From NCBI GenBank assembly GCA_021805825.1, contig JAJZEC010000007.1, positions 25,864-89,863 on the forward strand: a stretch of DNA of 64,000 nt, read 5' to 3'. This stretch comes from Pseudomonadota bacterium (GTDB lineage Bacteria; Pseudomonadota; Gammaproteobacteria; Burkholderiales; Burkholderiaceae_C). Positions 52,101-59,614 of the stretch are shown in pieces. Position 1 is the stretch's first letter. Each line of letters opens with the position of its first letter. Under the pieces are notes generated by a model, which was given only the letters and a program-made list of their open reading frames with translations, had not been told where the DNA came from and did not search any database. The position numbers and the translations under genes are program-made.

Positions 52101-53156
52101 CAGGCCGTCGTCGCGCGGGCGCAGCACCATGGCCAGCGGCAGGCCGCCGGCGCCGGCTGCCCGCGCGCACAGGTCGCGCAGGTACGCGATCTCGTCGTCG
52201 GCCTCGGCGGCGGCCTGGTTGGCCTGGGCGACGAACTCCTGCAACTGTCCGCCGCGGGCCAGCAGCACCGCGGCGCGATGCAGCCGGAGGTTGCCGCCCT
52301 GCAGGCTGCGCAGCACAAGGGCCAGGTACGCCGCGGCGCCGGCCAGCGCCAGCAGCAGCATGCCCAGTTGCCAGCCGGGCCGGGCCACGGCATCCCAGGT
52401 GCGGGAGGCCAGGTACGCGGCCGGTGCGCGGGCGCGCACCACGAAGGGATAGCCGGGAACGGGAACCGACAGTTCCAGCGCATCGCCCCGGCCCAGTGAC
52501 CGCGGCAGCGCACCGAGCGCAACCGGGCTCCCCCAGGCCCGGCCATCGCGCTCATCGACCACGCGCAGGCGCCATGGCAAGGCGGCCGAGGCCTGGGTGG
52601 CCAGCAACTCGGCCACGGGGTAGGACGAAGCGACGAAGCACCGCGCCTGCGCCTGAGCGTCGGCCACGCGCAGGCGCATCGGCAGCGCCTCGACCGCGCC
52701 GACCCCGTCCCCGGCGGCCGCCGGCGCAGCTGCGCCCACCTTTCCCAGCAGCACGCCCGGATCGCCCGTCAGCGGCGCGAAGGCCGCCGGGCTCGGAGTC
52801 AGGCGGGTCAGCCGAAGGCCGGGAAGCCATCGCGCCCATCCGGATCCGGTGCCCGCGCCTTCCCGCGGCGCGGCGGTGGAGGAGCCGGCGCGCAGCAGCG
52901 CGCTGCCGGCGATGCGCAGCTGGCGCAGCCGGAGGTCGAGCCGATCGGCGATGCGGTCGGCCAGCGCCTCGGCCCGGGAATGCCCCTCCAGCAACACGGC
53001 ACGGCGCGCCGAGGCAGCCTGCTGCAGCAGCACGCCGGCGACCAGCAGCGCCGCCAGCAAGCAGGACGCGAGCAGCGCCAGCTGGGCGAAGCGGACATGC
53101 TGCGCGTCGGGCCCGGAGGACTCCGGGCGCGGGGCGTCGGCTGGCGGCAGGCTCAT
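49134..53156 (-). CDS. Membrane-anchored GAF-GGDEF-globin-GAF-EAL protein with CZB-like C-terminus
   Basis: Two TM segments around a periplasmic region; TDPLTGLPNR, LLDLDDFK, RQSD I-site, GGDEF; globin SAFYDEL...IGRIHALVGL; AEALARL, DDLGAGYGSL, VVEGLE. Start at ATG 53156, overlapping the upstream stop. Confidence 0.88.
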   Translation of the reverse strand: MSLPPADAPRPESSGPDAQHVRFAQLALLASCLLAALLVAGVLLQQAASARRAVLLEGHSRAEALADRIADRLDLRLRQLRIAGSALLRAGSSTAAPREGAGTGSGWARWLPGLRLTRLTPSPAAFAPLTGDPGVLLGKVGAAAPAAAGDGVGAVEALPMRLRVADAQAQARCFVASSYPVAELLATQASAALPWRLRVVDERDGRAWGSPVALGALPRSLGRGDALELSVPVPGYPFVVRARAPAAYLASRTWDAVARPGWQLGMLLLALAGAAAYLALVLRSLQGGNLRLHRAAVLLARGGQLQEFVAQANQAAAEADDEIAYLRDLCARAAGAGGLPLAMVLRPRDDGLLMVAAAAGRLAPLDPAALPLRVASSQQPTGAGRAWLEGRALFNLGLHDTEDAPWATAAAGVGLRAVSLLPIRREGSAWALLLLYRGDDVAFEPELRHLLLGLAHDAGLTLERIAAARRLRVQQESEHRLARTDPLTGLPNRLALDEYLPGALARAQRRQEALAVGLLDLDDFKPVNDSFGHAAGDVLLGEFATRLRARLRQSDFLARAGGDEFVVVLEALGEADALSQIRIALDRLHAAVEQPFDLGEGRLAHVGMTMGLALYPRDAGDGDALLRQADGAMYAGKARKAERGSWWRIGAQSSELPELAVPEEQLDVFGAASSLLLQSIDTRIFEAVATAFSSAFYDELAHDESMAPVLRTLSAPELDRLKIRQAAHLLSLFQPGNTREALEGRAREIGRIHALVGLAGASMERSFGLYEDLLRRQLESTPIAPRVRYRMLRIATARLRLEIQTQLAAMDEVADTYAAVLSEPVAADARWVDVLPAMLEALAALPGVRHVAVFRPDEHGVLHIESGAGAGFDRVAERLEQAHSLPNLNPILGRERGPLSMAWFTRELQVVDSFLLDPRLQPWRALAQASGWRSAAALPIADGEHADSVLILCGAYPNQFASHWARSWLDLLHGRIQAQFAATSGGQRPLPPAEVRAYRQLLYGGGLSMWVQPIAHLQTGAVVKAEALARLQGADGAWIPPGRFLPAFGTQELHALFRQGLEQALESLHGWRDAGLDVEISINLPPVSLAHPDCASWVEQALRQARVAPEHLTLEILETQQIDVSRCDQTIHALDALGVRLALDDLGAGYGSLTRLASLPFDTVKIDQSLLANLPRDPMRTLRLLASLERIGREFAERAVVEGLEEEGFIEVARLLGAEFGQGYGIARPMPAADFLGWMRARGTAGPTAAALRTWPGALALHWAVTRDPQRAAAPGPVEHCALTAFLRKQGVDDPEVLHWHAQVHGGHDGYVRDAASQALMHWLAKRVSQAYARPAVAAA

Positions 53157-54709
53157 GCCGCCTGGGCCTCGACACGGTCGCGCCCGCCTTCCTTCGCGCG
53201 GTACATCGCGGCATCGGCGCGGCTGAGGGCGTTGTCGATCGCCATGCGCCCCTGCCCGACCAGGCTGACGCCGATGCTCAGCGTGACCGGCAGGCGCTGG
53301 CCATGGATGCGCATGGCGTGCCGGCCCACGGCCTCGCGGATGCGTTCGGCAACGACACAGGCGTCGTCCAGGTCGGTATGGGGCATCAGCACGGCGAATT
53401 CCTCGCCGCCGATGCGCGCCAGCACGTCGTGGGCGCGCAGCGCCGCGCGCACGCGTCCGGCGAGCATCTGCAGCACCAGGTCGCCGACGCCATGGCCGCG
53501 ACTGTCGTTGATGGACTTGAAGCGGTCGACATCCATCAGCAGCAGCGACAGGGGGCGTGCGGCCGCGCGATCGAGCATGGCCTCGGCGTCGAGGAAGAAT
53601 CCCCGGCGGTTGCGCAGTCCGGTCAGCGGATCGGTCTCCGACAGCCGGTGCAGCTCCTGTTCGTAACGCTTGCGCGCGGTGATTTCCACCAGGCTGGAGA
53701 TCACCGCCGGCTGGCCGTCGTAGCGCAGGCAGCGGGCGGCGAGCATGACGTCGATGGGCGCGCCGTCGACGGTGCGCAGGCGCACGTCGGCCGACCGGAC
53801 CAGGCCGCGGCTGCGCAGCGCGCCGAGCATCGCGCGCTGCTCCTGCCGACGCACGAAGAACCAGCTGGCGTTGGCCTGCCGATACGCCAGCTGGCTGCGC
53901 CCCGGGTTGAACAGCAGCCGCGCGGCGCGGTTGGCCAGCAGCACGTCTCCACCGCGGGCCTTGTTGACGACCAGCGGCACCGGACACACCTCGAGCAGGC
54001 GCCGCAGGCTGCGTTCGGCGCCCCGCCGCTCGCGCACCTCGCGTCGCACCCGGCGGCGCGCCAGCCAGGCCTGGCGCCGGGCGCGACCATCGCGCACCGC
54101 GAGCTGCCAGCCGGCCAGATTGGCCAGCAGAACGAGCAATGCGACCATCGCCATCGAGCGTGGCGACAACTGGTAGGCGAGATCCACTTCGGCCAGATAG
54201 GCGGCGCCCAGCATCGGCAGCAACCACAGGTTGGCCCGGGTCAGCGGTGGCAGGTAGGCGTAGAAGGCCAGCGTGACCGCGAGCAGGGGAACCACGCGGT
54301 AGGCCGCCGCACCGTGGTAGTTCAGCGTGATGACGGACAGGCCCAGCACCACCGCCAGTTCGAACGCGATCAAGGCACGGCGCAACGTGTCCAGGCCGCT
54401 GCGCGCCGTGGGGCGGGCGAGGTAGGCCAGCAGCAGGCCGAGGCCGAAGATGCCCAGCCGGATGCCGAACAGTTCGCCCAGGAGCACGCGGTCGCGCAGC
54501 ACCGCGGCATCGAGCAGCGCGGCGAGCAGGAACACGGCGCCGCCGAGCAGGCCGAACAGCCGCAACCGGGAGCGGGTGACCGCCAGCACCGCCTGCTGGT
54601 AGGCGCGCTCCATGCGGGCATCGACGAACATGCCGTGACGATTCAGCGCATGGGCGCTGCCCCGGCGCGTTGCCGCCGCCGCGGCGTGCAAGGTTCTTCG
54701 ATGGGGCAT
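53153..54709 (-). CDS. Membrane PAS-GGDEF diguanylate cyclase
   Basis: About six TM helices, PAS-like region, TDPLTGLRNR, MDVDRFKSIND..GH..GD, RAHD I-site, GGEEF. ATG 54709 with AGGA (alternative 54745). Confidence 0.9.
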   Translation of the reverse strand: MPHRRTLHAAAAATRRGSAHALNRHGMFVDARMERAYQQAVLAVTRSRLRLFGLLGGAVFLLAALLDAAVLRDRVLLGELFGIRLGIFGLGLLLAYLARPTARSGLDTLRRALIAFELAVVLGLSVITLNYHGAAAYRVVPLLAVTLAFYAYLPPLTRANLWLLPMLGAAYLAEVDLAYQLSPRSMAMVALLVLLANLAGWQLAVRDGRARRQAWLARRRVRREVRERRGAERSLRRLLEVCPVPLVVNKARGGDVLLANRAARLLFNPGRSQLAYRQANASWFFVRRQEQRAMLGALRSRGLVRSADVRLRTVDGAPIDVMLAARCLRYDGQPAVISSLVEITARKRYEQELHRLSETDPLTGLRNRRGFFLDAEAMLDRAAARPLSLLLMDVDRFKSINDSRGHGVGDLVLQMLAGRVRAALRAHDVLARIGGEEFAVLMPHTDLDDACVVAERIREAVGRHAMRIHGQRLPVTLSIGVSLVGQGRMAIDNALSRADAAMYRAKEGGRDRVEAQAA

Positions 54710-54783
54710 GGGCCGTCCTGTGGCGCCGAATGTAGTGCGCGCCATCGGCAACGACCATCCCCAGGCGGGGACGTCGCGGCTGC

Positions 54784-55569
54784 TCAGTTGCCTGGATCGA
54801 GCATTTCGGCGAAGAAGCGGCTTGGCTCGTCCCCGGCCTGCAGCAGCAGCGCGCGCGCGTTCCTGCGGTGCATCGCCCGGATCTCCCGGATCCTGCGCTG
54901 GATATCGGTTTCCGAATCGGCGTAGGCGCGGGCCACGTCCCGGAACTCCGTCTGCAAACCCTCGAAGGCCTCGACGACCGCGGGATCGAAGTGACTCCCG
55001 CTGCCGGCGAACAGGATGGCCGCGGCCTGCGCATGATCCATCGCCGGCCTGTGCAGCCGGCGGCTGATGAGCGCGTCGTAGACGTCGGCAACGGCCATCA
55101 GCCGTGCGGCCACCGGGATGGCATCGCCGGCCAGCCCGTGCGGGTAGCCGCTGCCGTCCCATCGCTCATGGTGGCCTTCGACGATCTGGCGGGCCACCCG
55201 CAGAAACAGCAGGTCGACGCCGGGTTCGCGGGCGGCGCGCTCGAGGGCCTCGCCTCCCAGCGTGGTGTGGCGCTTCATGACCTCGAACTCGGCAGGCTCG
55301 TAGCTTGCCGGCTTGAGCAGGATGTGGTCGGGAATCGCGACCTGGCCGATATCGTGCAACGGCGCGCACTGGAACAACAAGTCGATCATGCCCTCGAGCC
55401 GCAGGGTCGGGCCGAAGCGCGGATGCTCGCGCAGACGCTCGGCGAGCAGCCGCAGGTAGTGCTGGCCGCGGCGGAGGTGGTTGTCCGTTTCCAGGTCGCG
55501 TGCCGCGGCCAGCGAGGCCAGCGCATGCATGCTCAGGCGCGATCGCGCAGCGGCGGACGGGTCGATCAA
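54784..55569 (-). CDS. Stand-alone HD-GYP domain protein
   Basis: [29 protein letters not shown]; no REC domain; TTG start with AGGGG. Confidence 0.85.
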   Translation of the reverse strand: MIDPSAAARSRLSMHALASLAAARDLETDNHLRRGQHYLRLLAERLREHPRFGPTLRLEGMIDLLFQCAPLHDIGQVAIPDHILLKPASYEPAEFEVMKRHTTLGGEALERAAREPGVDLLFLRVARQIVEGHHERWDGSGYPHGLAGDAIPVAARLMAVADVYDALISRRLHRPAMDHAQAAAILFAGSGSHFDPAVVEAFEGLQTEFRDVARAYADSETDIQRRIREIRAMHRRNARALLLQAGDEPSRFFAEMLDPGN

Positions 55570-55593
55570 GCCGGGCCCCTGTGGTGCGGCGTT

Positions 55594-56574
55594 TCAGACG
55601 CAGACGGCCGGCGGGCTGCGCTCGCCGGCCGTACGGTGGACGAACTCGGGCGCGCTCAGCCCGAGCGCCTCGAGCAGTTCATGGGCTTCGCGCGTCGCGC
55701 TGCGCAGCACGCTCACGCGGTGCGTGAGATCCCAGCGGTAGCGCAGGCGCGTGTTCTGCTCGAGCCAGGCCGCGCTGCACATGGCGTCGTCGAACCAGCC
55801 GAGGCCCTCGCGCGCCACCAGGGTGGCCAGGCCGTCGACATCGGCCAGCAGCGCGAGCAGCGACTCGACCTTGCCTTCGCCGGCGACCGCCGGGACGCCG
55901 CGGTGGTGGTCGCGTGCGACCACCGCGAAGGCCTCGGGCAGATGCCATTGGTGGAGCGCCAGGTAGCCGAGATCGGCATGGGTGTAGCCGAACCAGCCGA
56001 CTTCGATGCGCGCCAGCTCTTCGGGCCCATCCCACCGCGCCTGCTCGACCATCTGGAACTGCTGCGGGTTGTGCGCCAGCATCAGGAAGCGCCCGATGTC
56101 GTGCAGCAGGCCGGCGGTGTAGGCCTCGCCGGGATCGATGCGGGTGTTGGAGACCATCGGAGCCATGCGGCGCATGAAACATGCCGCGAGCACCGAGTGC
56201 ATCCACAATTCCCGGGCACCGCGGTCGAGCGCCGGAAACACGCGCTGGATGGAGTCGGCCAGCATCAGCCCGGCGGCCGCGCGCGCTCCCACGCGCAGCA
56301 GCGCGGCCGCGGTGGACAGCACCGGGCGCCCCGCGCGGTACTGCGCCGAATTGGCCATGTGCAGCACGCGCAGCGCGAAGCCTGGGTCGGCGTCGACCAG
56401 TTCATGCACCCGCTCGAAATAGTCGATGCGATCGGCGTCCAGCGCCGCCACCTGCACGGCCAGGGACGACGGCACCGGCAGTTTCTCGAGCACTTGTTCG
56501 ATGCGGTCGCGGATGGTGGTGGGCACAGAGACCACACAGGACAGCCGCGGGGCTGGACGAAGTGGGGGGTTCAT
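55594..56574 (-). CDS. HDOD domain protein
   Basis: KLPVPSS, DADPGFALRVLHMANSA, LWMHSV, AYTAGLLHDIGR, GYTHADLG.LAL.QWHLP. Confidence 0.88.
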   Translation of the reverse strand: MNPPLRPAPRLSCVVSVPTTIRDRIEQVLEKLPVPSSLAVQVAALDADRIDYFERVHELVDADPGFALRVLHMANSAQYRAGRPVLSTAAALLRVGARAAAGLMLADSIQRVFPALDRGARELWMHSVLAACFMRRMAPMVSNTRIDPGEAYTAGLLHDIGRFLMLAHNPQQFQMVEQARWDGPEELARIEVGWFGYTHADLGYLALHQWHLPEAFAVVARDHHRGVPAVAGEGKVESLLALLADVDGLATLVAREGLGWFDDAMCSAAWLEQNTRLRYRWDLTHRVSVLRSATREAHELLEALGLSAPEFVHRTAGERSPPAVCV

Positions 56575-56671
56575 GGCGGTCGGGGGGCGAGGCTGGCGTG
56601 GAAGCCAGTCTGCCGGCGGCGCAGGGGCCGCACCATCCCCATCCGGGGACGGCGGCAGGCCGCGCGAACCT

Positions 56672-57667
56672 TCAGGCGCCGCGGCGCGCGCGCAGGCGCG
56701 GCAGGCCCATCACCAGTCGCACCAGATCGACCTGCCCGCGGGTGCGGGTCTTGGCGAAGATCACCTTCAGGTAGGTGCGGGCCGTGGCCAGCGTGATGCC
56801 GCAGGCGCCGGCAGCCTCCTCCAGCGAGGCCGTCGAGGCCAGCGCGTGCACCAGGCGCCCCTCGGAAGGGGTCAGCGCGAACAGCTTGGACAGATGCGCC
56901 GGCTCCAGCACCTCCGGGCTCTGCGCATCCTGCACATGGATCATCACCCCGTCGCCCCAGACGGTCAGGGCCAGCAGCAGCTGGCCGCGTCCGTCGCTGC
57001 GCGGCAGCGCGAGCACGTCGTCCTGCCCGTTGGAGGCCACGGCCTCGATGGCCCGGCGCAGCGCCGCGGCATGCGCGGGATCGCGCGCAGCCACCCTGCC
57101 CCCGGCCATGCGCTGCAGCGCGGCGCCCTCGGCCAGCACCGAGGCGGCGCGGCGGTTGGCGTACAGCAGCGTCGACGCCGCGTCCACCAGCAGCAGCGCC
57201 AGGGGGATTTCCTCGAAGGCGGCGCGGATCGGGCCCTGCGAGAGATCCGGCCGCAGCGCCGCGGCAATGGCCTCGACGAGTTGTTCCGGAGTGCAGGGCT
57301 TGCGCAGGTAGCGGGCGATGCCCACGCGGTTGACGGCATCGACCACGGTGGCGAAATCCTCCGCGCCCGACAGCAGGATGCTGGGCAGGCCGGGGTTGTC
57401 CTGGCGCATGGCCTCGATCATGCTGACGCCGTCCATGCCCGGCATGCGCACGTCGGCGACCACCAGGTCGAAGGACTCCTGACGGCAGGCCTCGAGCGCT
57501 TCGCGCGGGTCGCTGACAAAGCGCATGCTCCACTGCGCGGCCTTGCCGCGCAGGCCGGCGCGCAGCACCTCCAGCAGGAAGGCGTCGTCGTCGACGAACA
57601 GGATGCGCCCGGTGCGGCCGTCGGATTCCGGGCCCCGGGTGCCGGCTGCAGCCTCTTGGATGCTCAT
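56672..57667 (-). CDS. Response regulator: REC + PAS-like + LuxR-type HTH
   Basis: ILFVDDD, VADVRMPGMDG, RYLRKP; C-terminal FALTPSEGRL...AAGACGITLATARTYLKVIFAKT. Start 57667 (alternative 57748). Confidence 0.85.
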   Translation of the reverse strand: MSIQEAAAGTRGPESDGRTGRILFVDDDAFLLEVLRAGLRGKAAQWSMRFVSDPREALEACRQESFDLVVADVRMPGMDGVSMIEAMRQDNPGLPSILLSGAEDFATVVDAVNRVGIARYLRKPCTPEQLVEAIAAALRPDLSQGPIRAAFEEIPLALLLVDAASTLLYANRRAASVLAEGAALQRMAGGRVAARDPAHAAALRRAIEAVASNGQDDVLALPRSDGRGQLLLALTVWGDGVMIHVQDAQSPEVLEPAHLSKLFALTPSEGRLVHALASTASLEEAAGACGITLATARTYLKVIFAKTRTRGQVDLVRLVMGLPRLRARRGA

Positions 57668-57845
57668 GAAGCCCGATGGTAGCCGCTGCGGCCGGGTTGG
57701 CTCGCGGCCTTCCTGGAACGACTTCGCGGATCGTGCAATACGCAACATTTTTTCACCTATGCAAGGAAAATTTCGCGCTAGAACGTAGCCAGGAGCCTCG
57801 AAGCCGGCGACCCCGGCAAGCCCGTCACCCCACAAGGAGACTGTC

Positions 57846-59495
57846 ATGGCAAGTGTTCCCGCGTCCTCCGCCAACCCCGCGAGCCCACCCCACCACATCC
57901 GCAAGGTGGCGGGAATCTGGAGCCTGCTGTTCGCCAGCCTCACCGCCATCGTCGGCTCGGGCTGGTTGTTCGCGCCGCTGAACGCGGCGCAGCAGGCGGG
58001 CCCGGCAAGCGTGATCTCATGGATCATCGGTGCAGTGGCCATCCTGCTGCTCGCCTTCGTCAACGCGGAACTCACCACCGCCTTTCCCGGCATGGGCGCG
58101 GTCATCACCTTTCCCAAGCTGAGCCACGGCAGCCTGATGGCCGCGGTTATGAGCTGGGTGGTCTTCCTGGGCTACGTCACGGTGGCCCCGGCCGAGGTGC
58201 TGGCGGTCGTGACCTATGCCAACAACTACCTGCCGGGCCTGGTGCATACCCACAGCCACCTGCTGACGCCGATGGGATTCGCCGCCAGCGTGGTGCTCCT
58301 CGGCGTGTTCGTGGTGATCAACGCGCTGGGCGTGAAGGCACTGCTGCGCGTGGGCAACACGGTGATGATCTGGAAACTCATCGTTCCGGCACTGACGGTG
58401 CTGGTGCTGCTGGCCGTGGCCTTCCACGGTTCGAACTTCAGCTCCCAGGGCTTCGCCCCGATGGGCGTGCAGGGCATCGTCGGCGCGGTGGCGGCGTCGG
58501 GCATCGTGTTCAGCTTCCTGGGCTTTCGCCAGGCGGTCGAACTCTCCGGCGAAGCCAGCCGGCCGCAGCGCGATCTGCCCATCGCCATCGTCGGCTCGGT
58601 GCTGATCGCCGCGGTGCTGTTCATCGGGCTGGAGGTGGCCTTCGTCGGTGCGCTCAGCCCGTCGTCACTGGCACAGGGCTGGTCCAAGCTGCATTTCGCC
58701 GGATCCGCGGGCCCCTTCGCCGGACTGGCGATGCTGGTCGGAATGAGCTGGCTGGCGGTGCTGCTGTACATCGATGCGGTGATCTCGCCGGCCGGCACCG
58801 GCCTCGTCTACGGCGGCACCACGGCGCGGGTTGTCTACGCCACCGGGCGCGACGGCCTGTCCTTCGGCTGGCTGGCCTCGCTGAACCAGCGCGGAGTGCC
58901 GGCAGCCGGGCTGTGGGTGACCTGGATCGTCGGCATGCTGTTCTTCCTGCCCTTCCCTTCCTGGCAGAAGATCGTCACCTTCATCTCGTCGGCCACCGTG
59001 CTCGGCTACGGCGTCGGCCCGGTGGCGCTGATGACCCTGCGACGCACCATGCCGCTGTCGGAGTACCAGCGCCCCTTCACCCTGCAGGGCGCCGGGCTGT
59101 GGGCGCCGCTGGCTTTCATCATCTCCAACTTCATCATCTACTGGTCGGGCCGCGCCACCGACGACTTCCTGTTCGGCGCCCTGTTGCTGATCTTCCTGGT
59201 CTACATCATCGTGCAGGCGGTGACCGGCAAGATCGCGCAGCTGCAATGGGCGGGCGCCTGGTGGCTGCTGCCCTACTTCCTCGGCATGTGGGCGATCACC
59301 CATTTCGGACCGAAGGACGGGGTGATCGGCGGCGTCGGGCTGTACGGCTTCTACACCGGCATGGGGCTGGTGGTTCTGCTCAGCCTGCTGGTGATGTGGA
59401 TGGCGGTGCAGAGCGGACTGCCGGATCCGCGCGAGGCCAAGACGGTGATCCAGGCCAGCGATCCGGAGCGCCTGGCCGCAGCATCGATGGAGTGA
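57846..59495 (+). CDS. APC family amino acid permease
   Basis: AAGGAG RBS; IVGSGWLF, AGPASVISW, FSFLGFRQAVELSGE, many TM helices. Confidence 0.92.
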   Translation: MASVPASSANPASPPHHIRKVAGIWSLLFASLTAIVGSGWLFAPLNAAQQAGPASVISWIIGAVAILLLAFVNAELTTAFPGMGAVITFPKLSHGSLMAAVMSWVVFLGYVTVAPAEVLAVVTYANNYLPGLVHTHSHLLTPMGFAASVVLLGVFVVINALGVKALLRVGNTVMIWKLIVPALTVLVLLAVAFHGSNFSSQGFAPMGVQGIVGAVAASGIVFSFLGFRQAVELSGEASRPQRDLPIAIVGSVLIAAVLFIGLEVAFVGALSPSSLAQGWSKLHFAGSAGPFAGLAMLVGMSWLAVLLYIDAVISPAGTGLVYGGTTARVVYATGRDGLSFGWLASLNQRGVPAAGLWVTWIVGMLFFLPFPSWQKIVTFISSATVLGYGVGPVALMTLRRTMPLSEYQRPFTLQGAGLWAPLAFIISNFIIYWSGRATDDFLFGALLLIFLVYIIVQAVTGKIAQLQWAGAWWLLPYFLGMWAITHFGPKDGVIGGVGLYGFYTGMGLVVLLSLLVMWMAVQSGLPDPREAKTVIQASDPERLAAASME

Positions 59496-59614
59496 GTCGC
59501 GCCGCGGTTGCGCCGCGCGGGGGCCCGCTCCCCGCGCGCGCGCCGGCGTCGCAGGTGGCGACCGGGGCTCCGGTCGTACTGCGGGAGTCACCCGACCGAC
59601 CTTCGATCCGGCGC

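Noticed and set aside
49134-55091. Single 1985-aa protein as listed in the ORF track
   Set aside because: The first 645 codons overlap the real GGDEF and HD-GYP genes in another frame and read as low-complexity; a coupled ATG at 53156 gives a coherent protein.
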